Positions 20,509 through 30,283 of a stretch of 64,000 nucleotides of DNA are shown here, piece by piece (position 1 is the stretch's first letter; every line of letters begins with the position of its first letter). The stretch is taken from contig CAWJSJ010000002.1 in the NCBI GenBank assembly GCA_963845565.1, positions 1,728,001 through 1,792,000 on the forward strand, read 5' to 3'. The notes below the pieces were generated by a model. It worked only from the letters and a program-made list of their open reading frames with translations, was not told the DNA's origin and made no database searches. A program made the position numbers and the translations under genes. The DNA comes from an uncultured Methylomirabilota bacterium (GTDB lineage Bacteria > Methylomirabilota > Methylomirabilia > Methylomirabilales > 2-02-FULL-66-22).

Positions 20509-21799
20509 TTACTCGAGCACCAGCAGCGGCGCCCCGAAGGCCACGGCTCTGGCCCGGCGCGACCAGGACCTCCCGGACCGTGCCCTCCCGCTGCGCCTTG
20601 ACGCTGTTCCCCATCTTCATGGCTTCGATGACGCAGAGCTCGTCCCCCTGCTGCACGCGGTCGCCCGCCTTCACCGCGACCGACAAGATCTTGCCGGGGA
20701 GCGGGGCGGTGACCGGTTGCCCGGCGCCGGCCGCGGGGGCGGTCGGAGCGGGCGCGGGGGCGACGGCTGCGGCGGGGGCCATAGGTTTCGCCGTCTCGCG
20801 GACGATCTCCACGCGCTCGGTCCGCCCGTCGATCACGACGGTGGCCGTGCTCCCGGCGGTGTCTTTCACCTCGACCGTGTGGGCCTGGCCGTTCACGAGA
20901 ATCCGGGCGGCGTCCGACTTGTCCCGCTCCACCCGGTAGCTCGTTCCGTCGAGGGACACCGTGGCGGCACCGTCACTGCCGGCCACCTCGACCTTGTGAA
21001 GCGTCCCGCCGGAGGTGAGGGTGAACGCCCGCGGCGTCGAGGGCGCTTGCCGCCCCACGTCCACCTTCTGCGTCACGCCGTCGATCACGACGGTGGCCGT
21101 GCTTCCGGCGACCTCCTTCACCTCGATGGTGTGCACCTGGCCGTTCACCAGCAGCTTGGTGCGGTCGCCGGCATCACGCCGCACCTCGTAGCGCGTGCCG
21201 TCGAACATCACCGCAAGCGCCCCGGCGCCCATGGGCACCAGCTCCACCGCATGCGCCTTCCCCGCGATCCCGAGGGTGAAGACTGATGGCTCCGCTATCT
21301 CGATAGAAGCCGGCGCCGCAGGCGCGGCGACCGGTGCGGTCGGCCGGGAGGCCGCCGCCGCGGTGGAGGCAAGCAACACGAGGGGCGCGCCAAAGGCCAC
21401 GGTGTTTCCCTGGGCGACGCACACCTCGGCGACGAAGGCCTCCCGCGGGGCCTTGACGCTGTTCCCCATCTTCATGGCTTCGATGACACAGAGCTCGTCC
21501 CCCTTCTGCACGCGGTCGCCCGCCTTCACCGCAACGGACAGGACCTTGCCGGGGAGCGGGGCGTTGACGGCTTCGGTCGCTGCTACGGCGACCGGCGGCG
21601 GCGCGGTGACCGTCATGCCGGCCGGCACGGCCACGGTTGAGCTCGGCGCCGGGTCCGGCGCCGCCGACAGGATATCTTTGCCGGTGGCCACGGCGAAGAC
21701 CTTGGTGAGGAGCATGATCGCCACCATGAGCACGAGCAGGGCGAGGAACACGATGCCCAACCCGTATATCGTGACATTCAAAGCTAGCATGAAGTCCAT
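20509..21799 (-). CDS. OadG-like membrane anchor fused to two biotinyl domains (late frameshift; true stop at 20509)
   Basis: N-terminal TM GLGIVFLAL, two EAMKM motifs, duplicated beta-rich internal repeats. Confidence 0.85.
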
Positions 21800-21840
21800 G
21801 CCGTCATTCCTCCCTCGTGCGCTGTGGAATGTCGTTCAGG

Positions 21841-23250
21841 TTACTTCGCGCCCACGGCGACGGCGATCGCGGCCAATTGGTCCCCGCTGAGGCCGGCCGG
21901 CGGCTTGCCGCGGCCGGCGAGGAACTCCTTGGCCACCTGCGGGAACAGGACGTAGGAAAGCACGTCCTCCTCGTTCTTGGCCAGCGCGCCGATCTCGGCC
22001 TTGGCCTTCTCCATCTCCGGCTCCAGCAGGTCGGCAGGGCGGCAGGTGATGGGGGCCTCGTCGCCCAGGATCTGCTTCTGGAAAGCCGCACCGATGGGGG
22101 CGGGGGTGCGACCGTACATCCCCTTCACGATGTTCCGAACTTCTTTCGGCACCATCTTGTAGCGCTCGCCCGTGAGCACGTTCAGGACCGCCTGCGATCC
22201 GCAGATCTGGCTGGAAGGTGTGACCAGCGGTGGAAACCCCAGATCCGCCCGCACGCGAGGGATCTCCTTCAGCACCTCGGGAAGCTTGTCCTCCTGGTTT
22301 TGTTCCCGCAGTTGATTCACGAGATTGGAGATCATCCCGCCGGGAACCTGGAACTGGAGGACGTTGGTATCCACCCCGTAGGTCCTCATTTCCAGATGGG
22401 CGTATCCTTTGCGCACCGACGCGAAGTGCTTCCCGATGGCCGACAGCTTGGCGAGGTCCAATCCCGTGGCCCGCGGGGTGCCCGCCATCGCCGCCACCAC
22501 GCTCTCCGTCGGGGGTTGAGATGTCCCCAAGGACATGCTGGAGATGGCGCAGTCCACGATGTCCACGCCGGCTTCCGCCGCCTGGAAGTACGCCATGGAC
22601 GCCATGCCGCTGGTGTAGTGGGAGTGCAGCGAGATGGGCACGGCGGTGACGGCCTTGAGCCGACCGACCAGGTCGGCGGCGTCGGTGGGGGAGATCAGGC
22701 CCCCCATGTCCTTGATGCAGAGCGAGTCCGCGCCGTACTGGAGGAGCTCCGTAAAGGTCTTCACGAAGCCTTCGTTGCTGTGCACGGGACTCAGGGTGTA
22801 GCACACCGAGGCCTGCAGATGCCCGCCGTACTTCTTGACCGCGCGCATGGCGGCTTCCATGTTGCGGATGTCGTTGAAGGCATCGAAGATGCGGAAGACT
22901 TGCATGCCGTTCTCGACCGCGCGGGCGACGAAACGCTCCACCACGTCGTCGGCATAGTGGCGGTACCCCACGACGTTCTGGCCGCGCAGCAGCATCTGGA
23001 GGCGCGTCTTGGGCATCCGCTTTCGCATGATCCGCAACCGCTCCCAGGGGTCCTCGTTCAGGAAGCGCATACAGGCATCGAAGGTGGCGCCACCCCAGAC
23101 TTCCAGCGACCAGTAGCCGACGTCGTCGAGCAGTTCCATGGCCGGGATCATGTCCTCGGTCCGCATCCGGGTGGCCAGGAGCGATTGGTGGCTGTCGCGC
23201 AGGACGGTGTCGCAGATACCAAGCGGCGTCTTCGTCTGACTCTGGGTCAC
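21841..23250 (-). CDS. Oxaloacetate decarboxylase alpha / pyruvate carboxylase B-type carboxyltransferase without a biotin domain
   Basis: LRDSHQSLLATRM, WGGATFD, IKDMGG, HSHYTSG, PPLVTPSSQI. Confidence 0.9.
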   Translation of the reverse strand: MTQSQTKTPLGICDTVLRDSHQSLLATRMRTEDMIPAMELLDDVGYWSLEVWGGATFDACMRFLNEDPWERLRIMRKRMPKTRLQMLLRGQNVVGYRHYADDVVERFVARAVENGMQVFRIFDAFNDIRNMEAAMRAVKKYGGHLQASVCYTLSPVHSNEGFVKTFTELLQYGADSLCIKDMGGLISPTDAADLVGRLKAVTAVPISLHSHYTSGMASMAYFQAAEAGVDIVDCAISSMSLGTSQPPTESVVAAMAGTPRATGLDLAKLSAIGKHFASVRKGYAHLEMRTYGVDTNVLQFQVPGGMISNLVNQLREQNQEDKLPEVLKEIPRVRADLGFPPLVTPSSQICGSQAVLNVLTGERYKMVPKEVRNIVKGMYGRTPAPIGAAFQKQILGDEAPITCRPADLLEPEMEKAKAEIGALAKNEEDVLSYVLFPQVAKEFLAGRGKPPAGLSGDQLAAIAVAVGAK

Positions 23251-23543
23251 GGTCCCACCTCCATGTTCGCGACGGACTCTCGGCCGTCGCGTCGAACGCC
23301 CGGGCGCCCTTCGCCCGCGTGGCGGGCACAGTTGCATACGTACCAAAGGGGAAACGGGCTAGCGGGTGGTGATGGGTCGCGTTGCCCGACACCTTCGGCT
23401 CGACGCATGCCTGCGCCGAGAGTGGCGATCAGCCCCGCAGAACGGACTCCGCATCAGCGAGCCCTGTATACGAAACACCACCCACGCCCGCATGATACGC
23501 ATTTGCCATCAACGCGGCAGGGAAACCTCCGCCGACGCCCCTG

Positions 23544-23572
23544 AACATGGCCCCGAGCCGCGGGGGATGTCA
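23544..23572 (-). promoter_or_regulatory. Putative sigma-70 promoter of the decarboxylase operon
   Basis: TTGACA-17 nt-CATGTT, giving a leader of about 290 nt. Confidence 0.4.
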
Positions 23573-23844
23573 AGTGCAAATCGCGCAGAGGCTCGGTCGA
23601 GTGCACATCTAGGCCCCTCGACGGGTGCTCCCGACCAACTGGCAGCGGTCAACGGACCACAGGTCGGACCGCCTGCGAATGGGATCGAGATCCACCGCCA
23701 GGAGGGGGCAGCCACGGAGAGAAGGTCTTGGGATACGCGAATGAGGGGGGCGGGCGTCTGGTTTCGAAAACAGGCACCCGCCGCCTCTTGATTTCGCACC
23801 ATTTCTTAGCAATAATCACCCCATACTTTCCACCTGGAGGACTT

Positions 23845-24318
23845 ATGAACGCGTGGTCTGGTCGCTTCGTGGTCGCGTGGGTGGCATTCGGTGTCCTGTC
23901 CGGGGGCTGGCTGGCGGTGACATGGGCCGGCGAAGGCCATCGCTCTGGCATGGCACACGGGGGAACCGCGATGCAGCACGGCAGGATGGAGGTCGGCGAC
24001 GCGGCGGCGCCTCCTGCGGTGACGCTGGTGGTTCACAAGGATCTCAAAGCGGGGTGGAATCTGCAGGTGCGGGCGGAGAACTTTCGATTCGCGCCGGAAC
24101 ATGCCAGCACCGCGCACGTGGCCGGCGAGGGGCATGCGCACTCGTTCATCGACGGGAAGAAGATCACCCGTCTGTACGGGGAGTGGTACCACGTGCCCGC
24201 GCTGACACCGGGGGTCCACAAGATCACCGTGACGCTCAACGCCAATTCGCACGAGGATCTCACGGTCAGGGGTAAGGTGGTGTCCGATACCAAGGAGGTC
24301 CACGTTCCGTCCAAGTGA
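23845..24318 (+). CDS. Secreted His-rich beta-sandwich protein, probably metal-binding
   Basis: Signal peptide, His/Met-rich N-terminus, GEGHAH, LNANSH. Confidence 0.75.
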   Translation: MNAWSGRFVVAWVAFGVLSGGWLAVTWAGEGHRSGMAHGGTAMQHGRMEVGDAAAPPAVTLVVHKDLKAGWNLQVRAENFRFAPEHASTAHVAGEGHAHSFIDGKKITRLYGEWYHVPALTPGVHKITVTLNANSHEDLTVRGKVVSDTKEVHVPSK

Positions 24319-24525
24319 GACGGTTCGGCTCGGACGGCTTCTGCCGTTCCGCGTTCTGTGCGGGGCAGCCGAGGCGGCGTCGGGCTGTCGCTGTGCCAGG
24401 CCGAGAGGATCGGCACCGAACGCGGGTCCGCGGTACCGCAGCGCGTGGTGGTGCGGCGGCACGGGCGGCTCGATCCGCTGGCATCGAACCGGTGGGATTC
24501 TCCGGTCGGTCGAGGAGGAGGGGCC

Positions 24526-24745
24526 ATGGAGCGCAGGTACTGGGTCTCGTTCATCGTGATCGCTTTCGTGATCGGACTCGTGATCGGCTTCGGCTCGGCC
24601 TTTCAAGGCATCCCGGGTTGTCGAACTGGAGAAGCAAGTACAACAACTGACCCAGGACAACGCCGACCTCCGGGGAAAGCTCGCGACGACCGCCGTGCCA
24701 ACGACCCCAGCGCCGGGAGCGGCGGGCCCGCCTGCGAAACCGTAA
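24526..24745 (+). CDS. Small single-TM coiled-coil protein (one frameshift)
   Basis: GAGGAGG RBS. TM MERRYWVSFIVIAFVIGLVIG, then in a shifted frame SRVVELEKQVQQLTQDNADLRGKL...PAKP*. Confidence 0.55.
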
Positions 24746-25062
24746 CGTTCCGGCTTGCCGTGGCCACTCGTTTCGGGTGGGACCCGCCGCCTTGGTTTTG
24801 GCCTTTCGGGCATTGACAAGATTTCTCCGATGAAAGTCTGGGTTTATCGTGTATGATATAGGGCCACCAAGAAATACGGGCCGTCGGCGACGGTTTCGGC
24901 TGAGCCACGTCGGCCTGTAATGCTCGGCAAGCCACACCGGTACGGGTTGAGCCCGACGAAACAGGTCAGGGAATCGTGAACCGAGGCGGGGTCGCGGTGA
25001 CCGTGCCTCAACGTGCATGGAGGAGACTGGTGATGATCGGATGTCGTGAAGGAAGGCATGTG

Positions 25063-26271
25063 ATGCGACGAGCCGGATTCCTGATGGGGATCCTGGCAAC
25101 GCTGCTGGTCGTTGCCGGGCCCGTCGTGGTGGGGGCTGCCGACGAGCAGGCCAAGCGGGATAACCGGCCCGATCGTGGCATCGGGGTCTACACCGAGTAT
25201 TCCGGCGTGGTGGTCCCGATCGGCGAGAGCGTCCGGATGGATCTGACGGTGGAGAACAAGGGGAAACAGGATGAAGTGGTGTCCCTGAAACTTGCCACCG
25301 TCCCGAAGGGGTGGAAAGCCTCGCTCAAGGGCGGAAGTTTCACCGTGACCGGCGTGGCGATTCCGGACGGGAAGACCCGGAACCTGGCGTTTACCGCCGA
25401 GCCTGACAAGGGACTGGCGGCCGGGACCTACGAGTTTCTGATCGAAGCCGTCACGTTGGACGGCAAGCTGACGGCGACCCACGCCATCGCCGTCACGACC
25501 CGCGACCGGAGCCGGATGGGGGCCGAGGAGATCCAGATCACGACCTCCTACCCCGTCCTGCGCGGCCAGACGGACGCCACCTTCGAGTTCTCGCTGGATG
25601 TGGCCAACAAGAGCGAGGCCGATCGCACGGTCAATCTCGCCGCCCAGGCCCCCGAGAAGTGGGAGGTCAATTTCAAACCCGGGTACGAGCAGAAGCAGAT
25701 CTCCAGCCTGCGGATCCGTGGAAGCGGCAACCAGACCGTGGCGGTCTCGGTGACGCCTCCCAAGGACACCGCCGCGGGAGAGTACCCGGTCCTGGTGCGG
25801 ATCACCTCGGGCGAGTCGAAGGCCGAAGCGAAGCTGATGGTCGTGCTGACGGGTATCTACAAGCTGGACGCGGCGACGCCGAGCGGGATCCTGTCCGTGG
25901 AAGCCGTGACCGGGAAGCCCACCACGGTCTCGCTCTTGGTCAAGAACACCGGCTCCGCGGTGAACCGCAACGTCAACCTCTCCTCGTTCAAGCCCGAGAA
26001 CTGGAAGGTCGAGTTCAAGCCGGAGAAGATCGAGGCGCTGGAGCCGGGGCAACTGAAGCAGATCGAGGCGACCATCACGCCCGCCGCGACGGCGCTGGTG
26101 GGAGACTACTCGGTGGGTCTGATGGTCGACGGCGAGAAGTCCTCCAGCAAGACGGTCGAGATGCGGGTGACGGTGAAGGCGCCCACTGCCTGGGGCTGGA
26201 TCGGCGTGGGATTGATTGCCCTGGTGATCGGCGGCATGGGCGGCCTGTTTGCCTGGCTGGGGCGGCGGTGA
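25063..26271 (+). CDS. NEW3 (NPCBM-associated) Ig-repeat membrane-anchored protein
   Basis: Signal peptide, three Ig-like repeats (PxxW), C-terminal TM WGWIGVGLI...GRR. Typical partner of an ABC exporter. Confidence 0.85.
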   Translation: MRRAGFLMGILATLLVVAGPVVVGAADEQAKRDNRPDRGIGVYTEYSGVVVPIGESVRMDLTVENKGKQDEVVSLKLATVPKGWKASLKGGSFTVTGVAIPDGKTRNLAFTAEPDKGLAAGTYEFLIEAVTLDGKLTATHAIAVTTRDRSRMGAEEIQITTSYPVLRGQTDATFEFSLDVANKSEADRTVNLAAQAPEKWEVNFKPGYEQKQISSLRIRGSGNQTVAVSVTPPKDTAAGEYPVLVRITSGESKAEAKLMVVLTGIYKLDAATPSGILSVEAVTGKPTTVSLLVKNTGSAVNRNVNLSSFKPENWKVEFKPEKIEALEPGQLKQIEATITPAATALVGDYSVGLMVDGEKSSSKTVEMRVTVKAPTAWGWIGVGLIALVIGGMGGLFAWLGRR

Positions 26272-26278
26272 GGCGGCC

Positions 26279-27040
26279 ATGGCACTTGCGATCGAGACAC
26301 ACGAACTGACAAAGCGGTACGGCACCCAGGTGGCGGTCAACGCCCTGACCCTTCAGGTCCCGCAGGGAGAAATCTTCGGTTTCCTGGGGCCGAACGGGGC
26401 GGGCAAGACCACCACGCTCCTGATGCTTTTGGGCCTGAGCGAGCCCACCTCCGGTACGGCACGGGTCTGCGGCCACGACCCCACCCGCGATCCGCTGCAA
26501 GTCAAGCGGCTGGTCGGCTACCTGCCGGAAAGCGTTGGGTTCTACGAGGACATGACCGCCGTCCAGAATCTGGCCTACGTGGCGCGGCTGAACGGGATCC
26601 AGAACGACGGCCTGCCCCGAAAGATCGAGGGGCTGCTGGAACAGGTGGGGCTGCTCGGCGAGGCGCGGAAGCGCGTCGGCGCGTACTCCCGCGGCATGCG
26701 ACAGCGGCTCGGCATCGCGGAGGTGCTTTTGAAGGATCCGCAGGTCGTGTTCCTGGACGAGCCCACGCTGGGCCTGGATCCCGACGGCACGCAGAAGATG
26801 CTGGACTTCATCGTGGGCCTGGGTCGGGAGAAGGGTATCACGGTCTTCTTCTCCTCCCACCTGCTGGATCAGGTGCAGCGGGTGAGCGACCGGGTGGGTA
26901 TCATGCTGAAAGGCAACCTGGTCGCGGCCGGACCTATCCAGGAGTTGGCGAAGCAGAAACTCGGGGTGGACCAGGAGCGGTACACCCTGGAAGAGATCTA
27001 CATGCGGTATTTCCGGGAGGGCGTACCGGCGCAGTCGTGA
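26279..27040 (+). CDS. ABC transporter ATP-binding protein
   Basis: GPNGAGKT, YSRGMRQR, DEPT. Confidence 0.93.
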   Translation: MALAIETHELTKRYGTQVAVNALTLQVPQGEIFGFLGPNGAGKTTTLLMLLGLSEPTSGTARVCGHDPTRDPLQVKRLVGYLPESVGFYEDMTAVQNLAYVARLNGIQNDGLPRKIEGLLEQVGLLGEARKRVGAYSRGMRQRLGIAEVLLKDPQVVFLDEPTLGLDPDGTQKMLDFIVGLGREKGITVFFSSHLLDQVQRVSDRVGIMLKGNLVAAGPIQELAKQKLGVDQERYTLEEIYMRYFREGVPAQS

Positions 27041-27070
27041 GGCCGGGCCGCCGCCCTGTGAGGGATTTCC

Positions 27071-28033
27071 GTGCACGGACTATGGGCGGTCTATCGCAAG
27101 GAACTCGAGGATCACTTCAGCAGCACGCGCTCCATCCTGCTTCTCACCGTGATCATGATGGTTGGTCTGGTCACGGCTTACATGGTGGGGAGCGGCCTCC
27201 GGAAGGAGCTGGAGGGGATGGCCAAGCCGTCGCTGGTCTTCCTGCTGCTCTTCACCTCCACCGGGGCGCTCTTCTCCCTGGCGCAGTTCATCGCCTTCTT
27301 CGGTCCGCTGATCGGGATGGTGCTGGGCTTCGACGCCATCAACCGGGAGCGGGCGGCGCGGACCCTGAGCAAACTCTTGTCCCAGCCGATCTATCGCGAT
27401 GCGGTCATCAACGGGAAGTTTCTGGCGGGCCTGACCACCATCGCGATCATGCTGCTGGCCATCGTGGTGCTGATCTCGGGGATCGGCCTGCTCGTGCTGG
27501 GCGTCGTGCCGGGCTGGGAAGAGATCGGGCGGATGGCCGTGTACCTCCTGGTGAGCGTCGTCTACATCGGCTTCTGGCTGGCGCTGTCCATTCTCTGCTC
27601 GGTGGTGTTTCGAGGGATGGCTACCTCGGCCCTGGCGACCCTTGCTCTCTGGATCTTCTTCGCCTTCTTCATGGCGCTCGGGGCCCGGTTGGCGGCGGAC
27701 GTGATCGCACCCCTGCCGTCGGGCTCGTCCATGAACGCCGAGGCGGTGCTGCAAAACGACAAGGTCCGGTCCATCGTCGCGACCCTCTCGCCCATCACGC
27801 TCTACAGCGAGGCGACGGGGATCGTCCTGGATCCGCTGCGCAAGACCACGCGGTCGCTGGTCCTGATGGGACCCATGGAGCAGCTCTCCATCAGTCGGTT
27901 CCAAAGCCCGCTGCCGCTGTTTCAGAGTGCGCTCATCGTGGCGCCGCACCTGGTGTCCCTGGTGGCGATCACGGTGGTTTGCTTCGGGATTTGCTATGCC
28001 TGCTTCATGCGACAGGAGGTCCGATCCACCTAG
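27071..28033 (+). CDS. ABC-2 type permease
   Basis: Multi-TM, GFDAINRER, QPIYRDAVINGKF. Confidence 0.9.
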   Translation: MHGLWAVYRKELEDHFSSTRSILLLTVIMMVGLVTAYMVGSGLRKELEGMAKPSLVFLLLFTSTGALFSLAQFIAFFGPLIGMVLGFDAINRERAARTLSKLLSQPIYRDAVINGKFLAGLTTIAIMLLAIVVLISGIGLLVLGVVPGWEEIGRMAVYLLVSVVYIGFWLALSILCSVVFRGMATSALATLALWIFFAFFMALGARLAADVIAPLPSGSSMNAEAVLQNDKVRSIVATLSPITLYSEATGIVLDPLRKTTRSLVLMGPMEQLSISRFQSPLPLFQSALIVAPHLVSLVAITVVCFGICYACFMRQEVRST

Positions 28034-28115
28034 GATGGACCAACAGGCGTACGACACTATGCCAGGCGGCGGTCGGCGGTTTGGTCCGCGGCATCCGCCG
28101 ACCGTGCCAGTTCTC

Positions 28116-28148
28116 AAGGGCCCCGCGAGTCGCGGGGCCCTCTTTTTT
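28116..28148 (+). terminator. Intrinsic terminator
   Basis: GGGCCCCGCG-AGT-CGCGGGGCCC followed by TCTTTTTT. Confidence 0.85.
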
Positions 28149-28366
28149 CGCGGGACGGGCGTGGAGAGGCCGAACGTAAAGGTCCCCTTGACAGAGAGGG
28201 GACGCTCAGTCTATGAGAGTATCGGCGTCGGTCGGAACGGTACCGGCCGAAGCTACCCCGGCGCCCCGGGCAGGCAGGAACGCGCCTCCTGACGGCGCCC
28301 GAGAAGCGGAGAACGGACGGCTCGAGAAGCGCGCGCGGCACGCGGCCGTGCGGTAGGCGGACCCAC

Positions 28367-29599
28367 ATGGCGGGCGAGACGATTCTGCTGGTGGATGACG
28401 ATCCGCTGATCTTGCAGATGTGCCGGCATATCCTGGAGACGGCCGGATACCACGCGGTTTGCCTGGAAGAGGGCAGCGCCCTGCACGCCACGGTCGCCTC
28501 GGTTGAGCCGTCGCTGATCCTCCTCGACATCATGCTGCCCGGCACCGACGGTCTGACCCTGTGCCGCCAACTCCGCTCCGGCCGCACCCCCTTCCTCGGC
28601 CCGATCATCGTGTTCTCGGCCAAGCACTACGATGCCGACAAGCAACTGGCCGGCGAGGTGGGGGCCAACGCGTATCTCGAGAAGCCGTTTTCGCCCGAGC
28701 GGCTCGTCACGATGGTGCGCGAATTCCTCGCCCGCCGGATCACCATCCGATTCTGGGGCGTGCGCGGGTCGATCCCCACGGCGTCCCGCGAAACGGTGCG
28801 GTACGGGGGAAACACCCCCTGCATCGAGGTGCGGGTGTCGGGTGTCGAGGACGCCTTCATCTGGGACGGGGGGACCGGGCTCCGGGAGTTGGGGCGATCG
28901 CTCCGGGTGCCGGGCGGTCCGACCCGGGGATATCTGTGTTTTTCCCATTTTCACTGGGATCACATCCAGGGGCTTCCGTTTTTCGGGCCGGCCTACATGG
29001 CGGGCAACACCTTCAGCCTGGTGGGACCGGCCCAGCCGACGGCGGACCTCCTCCAGATCCTGTCAGGCCAGATGGCATCGGTTTATTTCCCGGTCGGGCT
29101 GGAGCAATTTGGCGCCAAGCTCACGTTCCAGGAGATCGACGAAGGGACCTTCACGCTGGGTGGCGTCCAGTTCGACACGCTCTCCGCGCTGCACCCCGGC
29201 CGGGCGTTGATCTACCGGCTTTCGCATGGCGGGAAGCGCGTGGTCTATGCCACCGACAACGAGCTGCCGGTCGGCTGGAAGACGGTCGGAGGCTCCGCGG
29301 CGCACGAGGTGGAGCGGTTCCTCCGATTTTTCGAGGGGGCGGACCTGCTGATCCACGACGCCCAGTACACACCGGAGGAGCTGGAGCGGCGGCGCGGGTG
29401 GGGGCACTCGGCGTGGCCGGACGTCCTGGATATCGCGGTCGAGGCCGGGGTGAAGAGTCTGCTCTTGTTCCACCACGACCCGGACCACTCCGACCAGTTC
29501 CTGGACGAGATCCACACGGCGGTCCAGCAGCGTGTCGCGCTGATCGGGGCCCCTATTGAATGCGGGTTGGCGCGGGAGGGGGACCAGCGGGTCCTTTAA
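28367..29599 (+). CDS. Response regulator fused to an MBL-fold metallo-hydrolase
   Basis: REC domain, then FWGVRGSIP, SHFHWDHIQG, HDAQY, GWGHS, FHHDP. Confidence 0.9.
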   Translation: MAGETILLVDDDPLILQMCRHILETAGYHAVCLEEGSALHATVASVEPSLILLDIMLPGTDGLTLCRQLRSGRTPFLGPIIVFSAKHYDADKQLAGEVGANAYLEKPFSPERLVTMVREFLARRITIRFWGVRGSIPTASRETVRYGGNTPCIEVRVSGVEDAFIWDGGTGLRELGRSLRVPGGPTRGYLCFSHFHWDHIQGLPFFGPAYMAGNTFSLVGPAQPTADLLQILSGQMASVYFPVGLEQFGAKLTFQEIDEGTFTLGGVQFDTLSALHPGRALIYRLSHGGKRVVYATDNELPVGWKTVGGSAAHEVERFLRFFEGADLLIHDAQYTPEELERRRGWGHSAWPDVLDIAVEAGVKSLLLFHHDPDHSDQFLDEIHTAVQQRVALIGAPIECGLAREGDQRVL

Positions 29600-29616
29600 C
29601 GCAAGGGGAGTAATCG

Positions 29617-29934
29617 ATGGGTCGTCCGGTTCCGATCGCGCCGACTCTGGCGGTTGCCGGCGGTAAGGCCGCCCCGCAGGAGACGGAGGACCGCACGGTC
29701 GGAGGCGGCGAGGGGAGCAAGGTCTTCCTCTTCAACTGCGAGTGTCACACCTTCGACCAGGTCATCACGCAGCTTCTGAAGGCCGTTCCCGGGATGACGC
29801 ACACCCTGGCGGAAGAGTTGGCCTGGCGCGTTCACACCTCAGGCCTGGCAGAGGTATACCGGGGCGGCGGGTCGGATTGCGACCGCGTGGCGAGGATACT
29901 GGGCGAGACGGGGTTGGTCGTCCAGGTGATGTGA
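29617..29934 (+). CDS. clpS: ClpS-like adaptor protein
   Basis: VFLFNCECHTFDQVI and AWRVHTSGLA resemble the ClpS core. Confidence 0.7.
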   Translation: MGRPVPIAPTLAVAGGKAAPQETEDRTVGGGEGSKVFLFNCECHTFDQVITQLLKAVPGMTHTLAEELAWRVHTSGLAEVYRGGGSDCDRVARILGETGLVVQVM

Positions 29935-29944
29935 CTGTTTTCCC

Positions 29945-30244
29945 TCAGCGGAACGCTCCGGACTTGACGATCCTTTTCTGCAGTTCGAGGAAGGCCTCCT
30001 TGATCGCCTCCTTCCCGGCCAGCGAGCGATCACGGTGTACATCCGGTAATCGCATGTGCGCCTCGGCCTTGAGGCTGGTCTCCCAGATCACCTTCCCCGT
30101 GCCGTCGGTCGCTCGGCAATCGAGGGAGACCGTGAAGTCGTTGCGGAAACAGATCCAGGCTTGGCGGGATGAGGGGCCCGCGTCTCCGCTGTCACCCGTT
30201 GGCCCGACCTCCTCTGGATTGGCGTGATCATTTGGCTTGGTCAT
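29945..30244 (-). CDS. Hypothetical protein or gene remnant
   Basis: Open frame with protein-like C-terminus; no recognisable family. Confidence 0.3.
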   Translation of the reverse strand: MTKPNDHANPEEVGPTGDSGDAGPSSRQAWICFRNDFTVSLDCRATDGTGKVIWETSLKAEAHMRLPDVHRDRSLAGKEAIKEAFLELQKRIVKSGAFR

Positions 30245-30247
30245 CCT

Positions 30248-30276
30248 TGACACCGTGGGGCTATCTCCGGATAATA
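30248..30276 (+). promoter_or_regulatory. Putative sigma-70 promoter (short or leaderless transcript) of the panE-like gene
   Basis: TTGACA-17 nt-GATAAT about 7 nt before the ATG. Confidence 0.55.
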
Positions 30277-30283
30277 CGCCGCC

